A DNA stretch of 51,877 nt, taken from NCBI GenBank assembly GCA_002269645.1, contig NIVC01003184.1:1-51877 (forward strand), written 5' to 3'. How positions within the stretch are numbered: the stretch's first letter is position 1; each line of letters begins with the position of its first letter. Of this stretch, positions 1 through 14,195 are shown piece by piece. Position numbers and translations under genes: made by a program. Source of the DNA: Macrostomum lignano. Taxonomy: Eukaryota. The notes below the pieces were generated by a model that saw nothing but the letters and a program-made list of their open reading frames with translations, was not told the origin of the DNA and did no database searches.

Positions 1-1575
1 CACACTGATGGGGGACGGAATGCGTCCTAATTAATTATTAATGAGGTCCCCCCCGGTGGTCACTCCCTGCTAGGCCTCAGCGCGGCACCCGTCCAGGTCC
101 GGCTATCCCTTGCATCTTTTATATATTTCTCTGTTTCTCAACGATAGTCACTTCCGCTCTCTACCAGAAAGAAGCAGTACCGCAGCTGGCACCCCCCGCG
201 CACTGGTACTTTTCTAAACTACTAGGCGCGTACAAAAAAGCAAATTCTGTCAACCGGTTGAAGAGCTGACAGACTTGTGTGTACACTGGCACTGTTGAAA
301 CTGCGATATAGTCAGAGAAAGAGAGAGAGGCAGACAGACAGAGGGGTAAATCATATATAGTACTGAGCTACCTGAGTACAATCAATAAAAAAATGTACTG
401 TCATGATAGCAAGAAGATCAATAAATAATTTGCTTGACTGATCATGTTTGAGAAACACTGACTGATAGAAGATTTTCGTTTACGTTCTATTGTGTAAATA
501 TGAAACGTCTATAATATTGCCAATAAAACTGCGACATGATTTATTTCCGAGGTTTTACTAAAACCCTAATGTACTTAGATTGCAGAAAACGAATAGTGGT
601 CCTTGTTTAGCCAACTAAATTTTAACAGTCATAATTTTCTTTTACTTGACCGTAAACTTGCAGATTTAAGTGTAAAACGTTAGCCTAGCAAGCGTGGTTA
701 AACGGGCAGCTCCCCCCCCCCCTACAGCCTTTTATGAATACATTTGGCAGGCGGCCACTGACTGCAAGAGTTCCCAGTCCAGGACTGGGATCGGGACAAA
801 TCAACAAGGGGAGTCCCATGGGGATTCCTGCAGTTCCCGCTTATGCTGCTACTGCTGCTGCTGACTTTTATTAAAATTGTTGGCTGGTTGGTGAGAGAGT
901 GAGTGAGATGGAGCTTGGCAGAGAGGCTGGAGTGCCCGAGTGGAGTCCCTAATTTGAGTTTGAATAGCATTCTCGGGCACATAAATGAGTCTGTATACAT
1001 GCAGAGCCCCGAGTCTGTAAGTACAGTAAGCCCGAGCAGTGACAGCGATCCGAGCTGAACTGTAAATGAGCCAGTCGCCTTGGTCATTAGTTTGCTTCAA
1101 CTGGGAAGATTTCTTGAAGCCAACATGACGCAGACAAAGTCCGTCCATCCACAAGGTTTGTTAAACGAATAACTGATCAAAGGACTGTTGGCACGGTAAA
1201 AGATTTTATTAAATAAGTCGGCTGAAAGTCTGTGAGGAATTTTTGTCCCTAAAAAATAGGGACTTGCTTCGCTTCAGTGCAGCAGCTTAATGCGACATAC
1301 TCAATGCACTTTTCAATATAATTACTGCTTACGCGTGAACTAGGTTAAAATCATGTACACGTATCAATATATGCTGACAACGAAAACAGCAAATGTTTAG
1401 AAAAGGGAACAGACAATCAGCGGAGAGTGGGAGGGAGAAATGAGTAGGATTGGGGGGAAATAATGGTTGAGGAGAGCGATGGTGCGGGAAAGCGAGCTTG
1501 AGGTAGAATTGGGAAAGACAGAGTCAGATCGATAGTGAGTGGATTTTTTGGGGTAAAGCGCGGATGTGTGGAGAT

Positions 1576-2320
1576 TGAGAGCGGATAGATGGGGTAGAAG
1601 AGCGGATAGATGGGGTAGAGAGCGGATAGATGGGGTAGAGAGCGGATAGATGGGTAGAGAGCGGATAGATGCGGGATATGAGCGGATAGATGGGGTAGAA
1701 GAGCGGATAGATGGGGTAGAGAGCGGATAGATGGGGTAGAGGAGCGGATAGATGGGTAGAAAGCGGATAGATGGGGTAGAGAGCGGATAGATGGGTAGAG
1801 AGCGGATAGATGGGGTAGAGAGCGGATAGATCGGTAGAGAGCGGATAGATCGGTAGCGAGCGGATAGATCGGTAGAGAGCGGATAGATCGGTAGAGAGCG
1901 GATAGATTGGTAAAGAGCGGATAGATGGGTAGAGAGCGGATAGATAGGTAAAGAGCGAATAGATGGGTAGGGAGCGGATAGATGGGTAGAGAGCGGATAG
2001 ATGGGTAGAGAGCGGATAGATGGGTAGAGAGCGGATAGATGGGTAGAGAGCGGATAGATCGGTAGAGAGCGAATAGATGGGTAGAGAGCGGATAAATGGG
2101 TAGAGAGCGGATAGATGGGTAGAGAGCGGATAGATGGGTAGAGAGCGGATAGATGCGGTATAAGAGCGGATAGATAGGGTAGAGAGCGGATAGATCGGTA
2201 GAGAGCGGATAGATGGGTATAAGAGCGGATAGACGGGGTAGAACAGAGGATAGATGGGGTAGAGAGCGGATAGATGAGGTAGAAGAGCGGAAAGATAGGG
2301 TAGAGGGCAGATAGGGGAAC
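1576..2320. repeat. 19-21 bp minisatellite, unit ~GAGCGGATAGATGGGTAGA
   Basis: About 35-38 visible tandem copies, strongly purine-biased on +. ORF 1524-2390 is only its translation. Confidence 0.95.
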
Positions 2321-3995
2321 GACAGAGAGGGAATGAGTAGGACTGAGGGTTAAAATAGGAATACACGTGAAGGGGAGATGGAGTGGTCATTATAAAACTT
2401 ACAACATAAAAATTAAACTTGAAGTTGGTTAACCAGATCTAAACTTTCCAACGAAATTCTGTTCAAGTACCAAATATTATTAAAATGGATTGAAAGCTTG
2501 AGAAAGTGTGACAGGCACCCGACAGTTCAATCGTGGAACGGAAAGCAGCCAAAGTGGCTGTTGGTGTCTAACAATAGTTGAATGAAGAACATAATACAGT
2601 AATAGTACGTAGCTTTCTGCACTCCTGATAATAGAAATTTTGATGGGAAATCTCCATAGTTGAGCATCACCCCCCCCCCCCTAGATAAATAAACTGGAAG
2701 TTTGTAATCAGCTAATGGAGATGATGTAAACCTTTGTGTAGATAGATTGGTCCATTGTTGGTACTATTAGTAGCTAAATGTGAATATGCATGTTGATTTC
2801 GTGTGATGATGTATTGCTAACTATTTCTGTTGTTTTTCCTATCAATGCGTGTAAACTACACTCGTAGATAATTTATGTGCCTATGTCAGTATTTATTGCG
2901 TTTATCTGACAAAATAATGATGAAAGCATGATGGCTACCTGAGTATAACTATGGGGTACAGGGGGAGGGCAGGCCATGGGACACCGCAAGTCAATTTCCT
3001 GTCAGTAAGCATTTAATTTCTTTTGAGTGCACTCAACTCCACAGCCCCCAGGCTGATGGTGAAGTGGGTGGGGGGAGGAGCACAAGCCTCCACCCAGATG
3101 CACTTCTGAATGCTAGTTAGCCCAGCTCAAAGCTTGAGGCTGTGGACCTGTTTAGCCTACAAAACAGCTCATTTATTTAAGGAATTGCTCAAAATAGCTG
3201 CTGACTTTTTAGGCCAAAAAATTAATTGGCTCAATAGCCGAGGGCCGGTTTTTAGTAACTTTAATTTTTCATTTGTTTAAATAAGTTATAATGTTACCAA
3301 CATTCTCTTTTACGTTTGCTTTATTGGAGCATAAAAGTTATGAGCATTTCAAAACTGTGCTCAAGAAATTTTAAACATAGTTTTGAAGTTTGCTGGGGGT
3401 GTGTGGCTTTTTGTGAATGGCTTTGAATGGCCTCTATGGTCTTGAATCAAATATATTGATTCAATAATTTATTCACCTATTAATTAATTTAGATACCGTT
3501 TCAAGACATGTCTCAGAACACTTTCTGACACTTAATATGCCGTTTATCTTGTGAATTAGACAGTTTACAACAAGATGCATCTGCTGATACAACAGCGCAT
3601 TATGGTAACAAGTGTAAAAACTGACGCATAAATTAAGAATTTTCCGTTTAGCACTGGTCCATAAAAAAAGTTTATCAGACTGTATCGATGGTGCCAGCAC
3701 TCTACCATAACCTAGGCATTAGCTGTGGCCCAGACAAGCTTATAAAAAATATGAGATGTCGTAGCGAAAGAAGGCGAGAAAGACTTCTAAATAATTAAAA
3801 GTAAAGTGGAGACATAACTGTAAAAAAGCACACAATGTGAGACAGTTTTGTCCTCATCTAAGTCGATAAATTGGCTAAGCCCGTCTCCATCGCACGACCT
3901 TGCAGCTCTGCGTCAATTGGCTGACTAGACTGCAGCCAGTCTCAGGCCTTCCCGTTTGCCAGCTCAAAACAACTTGACCGCTTGACTGCGCTAGC

Positions 3996-4226
3996 ATGGC
4001 TGAACTGACGGAAGGTACTTCTCGGGAGTCGGCCACACAGCAGCAGCAGCAGCTTCAAGTGCTGACAGTGCAGATCGAAAAGCAACCGGGTCAGTCGCTA
4101 GGGTTCTACATTCGAGAGGGAGCTGATTCGACAGACGGGCCGGAAAACGGAGGCGGCATTTTTGTTTCTCGGCTAAACGAAGCAAACAGTGGCTGTACTA
4201 GAGGCGGCGAGGACTGCGGCCTTCAG
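3996..4226 (+). CDS. syd-1: syd-1/RhoGAP100F (SYDE family) coding exon 1, N-terminal half of the PDZ domain
   Basis: IEKQPGQSLGFYIREG...GIFVSRL is a PDZ motif. Donor CAG|GTGAGT at 4226/4227, phase 0. ATG 3996 is the assumed start; a candidate acceptor TTTGCCAG lies ~34 nt upstream. Confidence 0.85.
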
Positions 4227-4241
4227 GTGAGTTGCGTAATA

Positions 4242-4881
<640 letters not shown>

Positions 4882-4905
4882 GCCGGCCCCTTCCCTGGCC
4901 TTCAG

Positions 4906-5061
4906 GTTGGCGACCGTCTGCTGAGCGTGAACGGCGTCGATTTGAGCGCCGCCACGATCGACGACGCTGTACTACTAATGTCGATTCCTCGGACCCTGCG
5001 ACTTCAAGTGGGCAGGCGGACGCAGCAATCGCTGGGAGACAACCTGAGTCACCACCACCAC

Positions 5062-5096
<35 letters not shown>

Positions 5097-5263
5097 CCAG
5101 GAACCAACTTATCAGGTGAAACGGCCGCTCTTTGTTCTGCATCCGGCAGCCAGTAGAAACGGAATCAGCGACGAAGACGAGCGCCAAGAAGACTCAGACT
5201 CGGACGATTTACTAGAAGAAGCCGGAATGCAGCGACAATTTCGAAGGTTGACCCTCACGTCTG

Positions 5264-5294
<31 letters not shown>

Positions 5295-5917
5295 ACTTCA
5301 GCAACAACAGCTTCACCATCAGCATCAGCTGCATCAGCACCTAATGGGCTCAGCTGAAGACTCCAACGACAGCGGGCTCAGCTCAGAGAATTCTGCAAAC
5401 TCGCGCGAACCCCTACAGCCGGAGCATCATCAGCAGCCGCACGTCGCCGCTGCCGTTTCAGCGGCTGGAGGCGGAGCTGCCGCGTGGCCTTCGCAGCAGC
5501 GGGCGGTGCACTTCGCACCGGACCAGCGGCTGGTGCAGGTGCTGCCAGCCAGTGAGGCTGCCGCCTCGAAGTTTCTCAGACGGGCCGCCCAAGCGTCGAG
5601 GTCGCCGTCGGTGGAATTGCGCGATACTGGCGTCCAGTGCGACGATGCATTCACGCAGCAACAACAGCCGCTACCGCCGCCGCCACAGCAGCAGCAACAA
5701 CGGCAGAGACTTCAAATGCAACTGCAGCTCCAGCAGCAGCAGCAACATCAGCAGCAGCAGCAGCAACTGCATCACTACCAACAGCTGGAAGCAGCTCGCA
5801 GGATGTACTGGGACACCGGTTGCCTGCATCCTCCTCCGATGCTTCTGGATCCCGCAGCGTACGGCGCCGCAGCGATTGCGTCTCTGCAGCAGCACCAGCA
5901 GCAGCAAAATCGCTATG
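4906..5917 (+). CDS. syd-1: syd-1 exon 2: rest of PDZ plus poly-Q/low-complexity region
   Basis: Acceptor CCTTCAG|. VGDRLLSVNGVDLSAATIDDAVLLMSIPRTL continues the exon 1 frame; the MSIPR motif is typical of Syd-1 PDZ. Donor G|GTAAGT at 5917/5918, phase 1. Confidence 0.9.
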
Positions 5918-7959
5918 GTAAGTATAAATTTGCTTGTACATGCACTAATGCTGCCACGAATGACAACCAGAAGACCCTTGTAAAGCAGAGTTATTTGATT
6001 TCCATTGTCAAATTTCGGCAAAAACTTTTGAGACACTCTCTAATCAAGCGGCCATGGCAATCGTGTGGAGTCTCAAGAAAATTCAATTCGCTAGCAATGA
6101 GATTAAAATGTTTTTTCTCTTGAATCGAGTACCAGACACGAGTCACTTAGGTAGCACCCGAACTTAGGACTCTCAGAACGCTTTTCAGCCTCTACAGACT
6201 CAGGGAGAGGTTAGATAGGGGATTAGAAGAGAGAGCACCGCCCGCTGCCTCTTTGAATTATCTCCCCGAGGGCACAAAGCCTGTCTGCAAAATGAGGGGA
6301 AGGTGGGAGGGAGGCAGACCGGCAGCGACTCCTCCTTCCCTGTCTTTATTAGTGCTGACGGAGAAGTCTGAAAAAAGAAAAAATCTACTTAGCCGAGTCT
6401 GGCCGTAGCATAGCAACCCCCTTTTGGTTCAGTAGTCTGCGGAGAATCCCCGGGAAAGGAGGAAAGAACCAGAGCTAAAAAATAAGGCTCGAAGAGGGCG
6501 AGGAAGAGAGAGGCAGAGGCTGCTCAGTGGATTAAGAGCAACCAAATACTTCGCGAAAAGTTCTTGGGAGAGTAGAATTTGGAGAAAACTTGCCAAAGGC
6601 TCTACCTTGCCAATTCGAGCATATTGGGAAGGGCGTTGGGCAAATGCTGTGCATGTGATCAACTGAGCGTGCTAAATTCTTAGCCAACGGTTGCCGTTGC
6701 TGGCGCGCCTATATTTTATCCTTGTTATTTTATGCAGGTCGTTTTCCCACGGGGGCAATGTATTCACTGGAGGGGGGATATTCATGCATAGCGTTGCGTT
6801 GCTTCAATTCCTTTCTCCCCATCGCTCGGATCGGGCGCCAGTAGCAATCAGAGGGTCTCAGACAGAAATCGCATTAGTCTGCATGGCAGCTCCCCGCGCC
6901 GCCTGCGCTCCTTCACTCATCCCTTCCCCGAGCGCTTGACCTCCGTTTTTTGCGTAGTCTGCCGACGAGGGGGGAGGGGGAGGTTGAGATTGAAGCTGAA
7001 GGAGGACTGACCGAAAAAAGTAAAGTAACGGCGAGTCAGTTTATTATTAAGCTAGTCGGGTCTTCCTTTAAGTAACTATAGCTGCTGCAGCTTTGCGGTC
7101 CAAGGCCCTCTGATCGATTTCTACTACTCAGAATACTCAGCAATCTGCATGTTACAAAGGACTTTTAGCTATAGGATATTTATATGACCCTTTAGTCACG
7201 TAGTCGGTCTTTCAGGTTAAGTAAGTTGATAAAGTAGAACAAAAATAATTGTGCCAGCAACTGAATAGCCTCTCTGCCCGGACACTCGCCATTCTCAAAC
7301 GCTGACATTCTTGTTAGGATCCTCACGCTCCATCAGATAAGAGACGCCCTGTTTTGTCGAGAGGCCATCGGTTGCCGGCCGCTATTCGCCATTGGGAGCA
7401 CGATTTATCGAGAGTTCGGTGGTGGAAAACCAATCCAGCGCACCATGCTTCATGGTTGGAAATTCGACTCGCGGAAGTTCGGGGGGGGGTTGCATAAAGT
7501 TTTCTCAAGTTGCCCTCCCTCAAAGCTATTTCCATAGCTCTTCCAATCACTTCAGCTTCGATCACGCCCTCTGCCGCGCATCTCTGACCCGCACAGCCTC
7601 CTCGAGCTTCTCAAAGCCTCTCCCTCGCCAGCCGGACCTGATATTGGATCTCTTAGGATTTCATATAGTGGATAAGCGAGGCAGAGTGCATACTATATTG
7701 CATAATACAGCTGGGCTTGATCTAGCAGTCTCATTAGGTTGACTTACTGCTGAGGCCCAGTTAGCTGGGTGGAATCGTTTTATTGGGAAAATGACTCATT
7801 AGAACTTTATCGCAATAAAATTGAGATCATTCTATTAATGTCTGACAACCAGACTCCTCAGATATAGACATCCTTTGACCGGAACTTCAAAATCTTCTGT
7901 AGGTAACCTTTAAACAAATCATAAAACTCGAGGTCTTTCAACCGGAAACCCTCGATTCT

Positions 7960-8487
7960 GTATCCTTAAAACCGGAAACTTTAGATTCTAAAATACCTAA
8001 ACCCGGAAACCCTGGGTTCTAAAATCCCAAAACCTGTAAACCCTAGGTTCTAAAATCCCAAAACCCGTAAACCCTAGGTTCTAAAATCCCTAAACCCGGA
8101 AAATTTGGGTTCTAAAATCCCTAAACCCGGAAACCCTGGGTTCTAAAATCCCTAAACCCGGAAACCCTGGGTTCTAAAATCCCTAAACCCGGAAGCCCTA
8201 GGTTCTAAAATCCCAAAACCGGAAACCCTGGGTTCTAAAATCCCAAAACCTGTAAACCCTAGGTTCTAAAATCCCAAAACCCGTAAACCCTAGGTTCTAA
8301 AATCCCTAAACCCGCAAAATTTGGGTTCTAAAATCCCTAAACCCGGAAGCCCTGGGTTCTAAAATCCCTAAACCCGGAAACCCTGGGTTCTAAAATCCCT
8401 AAAACCGGAAACCTTGGGTTCTAAATCCCTAAAACTGGAAACCTTAGGTTCTAAAATCCCTAAACCCGGAAACCTTGGGTTCTAAAA
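7960..8487. repeat. 31-bp minisatellite GGTTCTAAAATCCCTAAACCCGGAAACCCT(G/A)
   Basis: About 17 copies, homogeneous in the centre and degenerate at the left edge. Confidence 0.95.
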
Positions 8488-9578
8488 CGGCCTAAATAAG
8501 ATGCTAAATTGCATATTCACGGAAACCCCATCGCCCTATGCACTGAGGTTCCATATAGCAAACATATCATCAAAAGTTAAACGTTTCACCTTGAATGATC
8601 TGCCTCAGTCAACGGTCCATCTAATCAATCTTTAACTGGTGTTGAGACTCTATACACATTCATGTACGCAAAATGGTTTTATTCAATATAATTTTACCTA
8701 GTACAGGAAAGTACTATTTAGGAGCAAAGTGGAGCCGCTGAATTGGAGACAATGTGTAAATGCAAAAGCAAGCGAGACTATTTAAAATTAATGTCACTAT
8801 AATAGCACTCAAGCTCATTGAGTGGCTTTATAGTATGGTTCAACTGAAAATTTTCTAAACCAGCACTAAATAAACTTCCCTTGAACCAACCCGTACACTT
8901 CCAAATCAGACATCTCTGGCCCCCAACCGCACAACCGAAGCCCTTAAAACCTCTGCACGACGAACCAAAAAATGTGTCACACCCTTTGCCGACGGCTGGC
9001 TGGCACGATTTCGTGCCAAGTGCATGAGTGTCAGAATTTCTACCCCCCCCCCGTTCCAGACGGCAGCTAGCTCCACAAGTATACCCGTATGTAGCAAAGC
9101 CGCTTAACCAGAAGATAATTTGTCTATGGCTGGGGACCAAATGCTATGGCTGCATGTCTTACATTCATGAGAAAACCTTACAGGGAAATATGAAAAGGGC
9201 ACTATTTTCGGCCATAGATATATATTGAAATCACTGTCGTGCTTATATTAGTTCTGTCAAGGACCTGCTTCAGAAATACAGAAACATTCTTATTATACAA
9301 TTGGATATTTTAATCCTCTGTCTACCCAAAGCACCAAGCAATTCGCTCCTGAGAATCATTACATAGTGTTAGACTTTGACGGAGACTCAGACGTGAGCTG
9401 TTTCACTGCTGATGATTAGTCAATTGACGGATCCGAAGTTAAACATCCGCACAGTGACCAGGAAGAAGAGCATGATGAGTTAATCGTAGGAGATCAGTGG
9501 CATCTTGTTGAAGATGGCGCTGATGCCAGGCCAGCACCTCTGCCTGAGTTCCTCGGAGTACCAGGAGTAAGGCCCGAT

Positions 9579-11382
9579 TTGCAGCTTTCTGAGATCGCCG
9601 ACGGAAACGAAAGTCATTTTATCAAGCTGTATTTGACGGACGGGTTGATGGAGAACATCAAGAACTGGACAAACGCAAAGGCTTGGAAGACCTATGAGGA
9701 TAACTTTGACGGTGGAGCAGTCCCAAATTTTGTGCTGAACTGGAAGGACTGCACGGTTGTGAAGTAAGAAAATTGATCGGAATTGTTTTGCTGATGGGAC
9801 TGGACAAGAAGCCTGAAATATCCAGCTATTCGTCGCAAGATCCGGCTTTTCACTGTGCATTTCTTGCTGAGCCTTGTTCTCTTCCTAGAGACAGGTTCAA
9901 GCAGATCTTGTCCTGTTTGCGCTTTTACAATTGCACTGAGGCTCTGCATGGGGGTCCCTTGGCTAAGATGCAGCCTTTCCTGCAACAGGCTAAGCAGCTG
10001 TGCAGCAACAACTACATGCCTCGTCAGCGGCTCTCGATTGACGAAAGTCTCGTGCTGTACAAGGGAAGACTGTTGTTCAAGCAGTACATCCCAACGAAGA
10101 GCAGTAAGTACGGAATCAAGATGTACTGCCTTTGTGAGTCCGACATGACCTACCTGTGGAATTTTGAAATCCATACATCAACTGAAGCCAACCAATTGTT
10201 CGGTGATGGACTGGGCTGTCAAAATTTGTCCATGAGTGAGAGAGTTGTGGCTGAGTTGTGCCGCAATTTGCTTCGCCTAAGCTACCATATTTTCACAGAC
10301 AGTTGGTTCACTTCGCACAGACTTGCTACGTGGCTGCTGCAACGGGATGTTCTTCTCACTGGCACAGTGCGCAAAAACCGCGACATCCCAAACCTGCAGC
10401 AGGCTGTAAATCTGCAGCCAATTTCTTCCGCCTTTGCACGCTCTGGAAATGTGCTTGCCTGCAAGTTTACTGACAGGAAACAGAGTGGCGTCAAGACTGT
10501 TTTCGTATTGGACACCGCTGGATCGGCCGAATGTAGGCAGGTTTAGCGCACTCGTCGTGACGGCGGCATTCAGATTGTCACCAAACCGACTAGCGTGCTC
10601 TCGTACTCTAACAGCATGGGTGGCGTCGACCACATGGATTCCGCTCTACACCCGTACTTGGCCAATCGAAAAAGCATCCGGTGGTTCCAGAAACTCGGGT
10701 TTCACACCTGATCCTGCTGCTTGTTCGCAACGCTTGGATTGTCTACCAACAGGCAGTTGGCAGCAAGACTTTTCTGCAGTTCTTGAGACAGGCTATTAAG
10801 ATATTGGTTGAGGATACCGGTGATGCTAGGCGACGTGGAGCCGGGCCTCGCAGAGTTGGTGCGGGTGCCGGAGCTGCAGCAGGTGCGGGTGCCGGAGCTT
10901 CAGCAGGTTGCGAGTGCCGGAGCTGCAGCAGGTGCGGGTGCCGGAGCTGCAGCAGGCGCGGTTGCCGGAGCTTCAGCAGGTTGCGAGTGCCGGAGCTGCA
11001 GCAGGCGCGGTTGCCGGAGCAGCAGCAGCAGGTGCGGGTGCCGGAGCTGCAGCAGGCGCGGTTGCCGGAGCAGCAGCAGCAGGTGCGGGTGCCGGAGCTG
11101 CAGCAGGCGCGGTTGCCGGAGCAGCAGCAGCAGGTGCGGGTGCCGGAGCTGCAGCAGGTGCGGGCGCCGGAGCTGCAGCAGGTGCTAGGCAGTCGGTGTG
11201 GGCGTTCATTTGCCGACTAAGGCGCCAATACAAGGAGCTCAAAGCCGCCCACGCAAGCGCTGCCGGATGTGCTATCAGAATGGCCTGGTGAAAGGAACAG
11301 TGACTGTGCCGCTTGTCGAGGAGTTCCCGCATTATGTTAGGGTGCTTGCTTTGCTTGCTGGCACATGGTTCATCCTAATTGA
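9579..11382 (+). pseudogene. piggyBac transposase pseudogene (DDE_Tnp_1_7-type, DDD triad, C-terminal Cys-rich domain)
   Basis: Motifs RDRFKQILSCLRF, SIDESLVLYKGR, KYGIKMYCLC, FTDSWFTS, TGTVRKNR, YSNSMGGVDHMD and RCRMC...CAAC...LC..CF..WH. In-frame TAG at 10544 plus frameshifts. The acidic N-terminus probably begins further upstream. Confidence 0.93.
10849..11190 (+). repeat. GC-rich minisatellite (GGTGCGGGTGCCGGAGCTGCAGCA variants) inside the transposase
   Basis: Visible 24-42 bp tandem units that translate as GAGAGAAA(G/A). Confidence 0.9.
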
Positions 11383-12959
11383 CCATGGTAGGATGAGCGG
11401 CTTTTGTGTTGAAAAACAATGAAGTTTTGGCGGCCCAATGCGCACTTCTATTTATTCATAATCTGATTTCCCTTTTCTGTCACCTATTCTACTGTGTTTT
11501 TCTGTTCGAATACAGTTCAATTATACACAGCTCGTTCTATTTATTAATAGTCCAGGCTTCCTAAAAACTAATGCTTGTTGCGTTAGTTTGTGTTATCAAT
11601 ACAGAGAGCATGATCTACGTTCGTGTTATACTATACTACGTATAAGATACAGATGTACTAGCTACTTTAAATACTATTATTCGTTTCTAATATACACAGG
11701 TGTGCATTTGGTCCTGGTCCTATACTTCTGAATCTGTGATGATTGCCATAGACAGTGCCACCTAACCTATAGGAAATAAGCTGCTTTCCAACGAAAACGG
11801 ACGTGGCACGTTTTTAAGCCATGTCAGTCGGCAACGGGGGTATTGAATTTTCGGCTGATTTCCGATGCAGGAATGGGATTCTTGCACTCTTTTGCGTGCA
11901 GGAATGGATGTCTATGGTAAAATCTCACCGAAAAAGCATTGGGCGCAGAAATGCATTCCCGCACTCGTGACCGTGTAGGAATCATTCATTGTTTCTGAAC
12001 TCTGAGATCAGGCTAATTCAGCCTATCGAAAACAAGCAACTAAAAATAAAAAACTCAGTTCTAAGCTATATTGTGCATAAATTACATTTCTGAATCAATA
12101 AACTGCCGAATTCAGGAGAAAACAAGCTTCTTAAATCATGCATGAAAAAAATCGCTCTCGAAGAGCCCTTTGAGCTGACGGAGAGAGAGGAGAGAGAGAG
12201 AGAGGAGAGAAGGGGGAAGCGGATCGAGGATAAAGTGCGGACAAATAAAAATCGCATGACAGACAGATGACGGGAGATGATAAGGCTGTGAGAGATTAGG
12301 AGAGTTTGGGAGGAAAAGCTTTCAGTCCGTAGCAAGTGCTGATTGCAGAAGCAGCAGAGATAATGACCAAAGCAGCTTTGAGTTTTGCTGCTCGGCAAAT
12401 ATTTTCTACTTGTCAATAGAGTAAGCTGCTAAAAAAGAATAATAATACTCGCAGTAGGCTACGAGATCCCTGTCACACCGCCTTCGGCGACTTCGTCCTT
12501 ACGGAGGTTTGGCTGTCATGTTGGGCAAAACCCCAGTCAGTGCTATTAGCGTCCTACTACTTTAAGTGCCAAAAGATTCTAACCAGGTGTCGAATGCTGA
12601 GCTTGCATGGGCTTACGAATTAAAAAAATTCAAAATGAGAACAGTTTCCCTACAGACAATTCACTTTTGGTTGGCCTTGGGCGATAAACTTGAAAATAAT
12701 CATTATTCACTGAAGAATTTTCCAACCCCCTCCGTGCCTAGGGCTAGGCGTCATTTAAATTCGGAATTAACAAACTCCCGGGAGCGCAGACAGTCTTCAG
12801 GGATTAGCGGGATCGCACTGGATTGGGAAAAGTGTGAAAAAGAGTTGTTAAAAAGTGAAGATGCTTTGCCGTGAGCGAAAGTTTTGACGCCTTGACAATT
12901 GAAATGGCGCCTTAGTTGACACTCGAAATTGCACTTTTATGACACTCAATAAGGCCATT

Positions 12960-14195
12960 TTCTGACACTCAACGGGACGCTTTTCTGACACTCAACGGGA
13001 CGCTTTTCTGACACTCAACGCGACGCTTTTCTGACACTCAACGGGACGCTTTTCTGACACTCAACATGACGCTTTTCTGACACTCAACACGACGCTTTTC
13101 TGACACTCAACGGGACGCTTTTCTGACACTCAACGCGACGCTTTTCTGACATTCAACACGACGCTTTTCTGACACTCAACACGACGCTTTTCTGACACTC
13201 AACGGGACGCATTTCTGACACTCAACACGACGCTTTTCTGACACTCAACGGGACGCTTTTCTGACACTCAACACGACGCTTTTCTGACACTCAACGGGAC
13301 GCTTTTCTGACACTCAACACGACGCTTTTCTGACACTCAACGCGACGCTTTTCTGACACTCAACACGACGCTTTTCTGACACTCAACGGGACGCTTTTCT
13401 GACACTCAACGGGACGCTTTTCTGACACTCAAAGGGACGCTTTTCTGACACTCAACGCGACGCTTTTCTGACACTCAACGGGACGCTTTTCTGACACTCA
13501 AAGGGACGCTTTTCTGACACTCAACGCGACGCTTTTCTGACACTCAACACGACGCTTTTCTGACACTCAACGCGACGCTTTTCTGACACTCAACACGACG
13601 CTTTTCTGACACTCAACATGACGCTTTTCTGACACTCAACACGACGCATTTCTGACACTCAACACGACGCTTTTCTGACACTCAACGCGACGCTTTTCTG
13701 ACACTCAACGGGACGCTTTTCTGACACTCAACGGGACGCTTTTCTGACACTCAAAGGGACGCTTTTCTGACACTCAACGCGACGCTTTTCTGACACTCAA
13801 CGGGACGCTTTTCTGACACTCAAAGGGACGCTTTTCTGACACTCAACGCGACGCTTTTCTGACACTCAACATGACGCTTTTCTGACACTCAACACGACGC
13901 TTTTCTGACACTCAACGGGACGCTTTTCTGACACTCAACATGACGCTTTTCTGACATTCAACGCGACGCTTTTCTGACACTCAACGCGACGCTTTTCTGA
14001 CACTCAACGCGACGCTTTTCTGACACTCAACACGACGCTTTTCTGACACTCAACGTGACGACGCTTTTCTGACACTCAACGCGACGCTTTTCTGACACTC
14101 AACGCGACGCTTTTCTGACACTCAACGGAACGCATTTCTGACACTCAACGCGACGCATTTCTGACATTCAACGCGACACTTTTCTGACACTCAAA
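12960..14195. repeat. 24-bp minisatellite TCTGACACTCAAC(NN)GACGCTTTT
   Basis: About 51 copies. Variation is concentrated in two adjacent bases (GG/GC/AC/AT/GT). Confidence 0.97.

Larger units (their letters stand above)
8982..11838 (+). mobile_element. Decayed piggyBac DNA transposon (PGBD4-like)
   Basis: Transposase remnants inside. Imperfect TIRs CCCTTTGCCGAC (8982) and the reverse complement CCCGTTGCCGAC (ends 11838), each followed by an 18-bp TGGC...CGTGCCA palindrome-like motif. No TTAA TSD, so the boundaries are tentative. Confidence 0.7.

Noticed and set aside
1-40. Hammerhead ribozyme (CTGATG followed by a GGGACG/CGTCCT hairpin)
   Set aside because: The core reads CTGATGG rather than CTGATGA, GAAA is absent, and the window edge hides the upstream stems. 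CTGATGA at 50717 also lacks a GAAA partner.
722-1154. Short minus-strand ORFs near the window start
   Set aside because: No motif or splice support; possibly a repeat fragment.
5430-6036. Antisense and alternative-frame ORFs over syd-1 exons (also 14272-14671, 19038-19711)
   Set aside because: They are shadows of GC-rich CAG/GCN coding sequence and have no independent motifs.
6120-7800. Possible extra syd-1 exons or small genes in intron 2 (also 12060-12900, with a CGCC-TTC-GGCG hairpin at 12479-12489)
   Set aside because: No recognisable domain, and exons 2 and 3 already join in phase. These are probably non-autonomous repeats, but their boundaries could not be defined.
7960-8487. Plant-type telomere (CCCTAAA)
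   Set aside because: The motif occurs once per 31-bp unit, not as a pure heptamer array.
12960-14195. CRISPR-like appearance of the 24-mer array and of the TATC/249-bp arrangement
   Set aside because: There are no unique spacers of repeat-like length and no cas genes, the context is eukaryotic introns, and the 249-bp segments are identical rather than unique.
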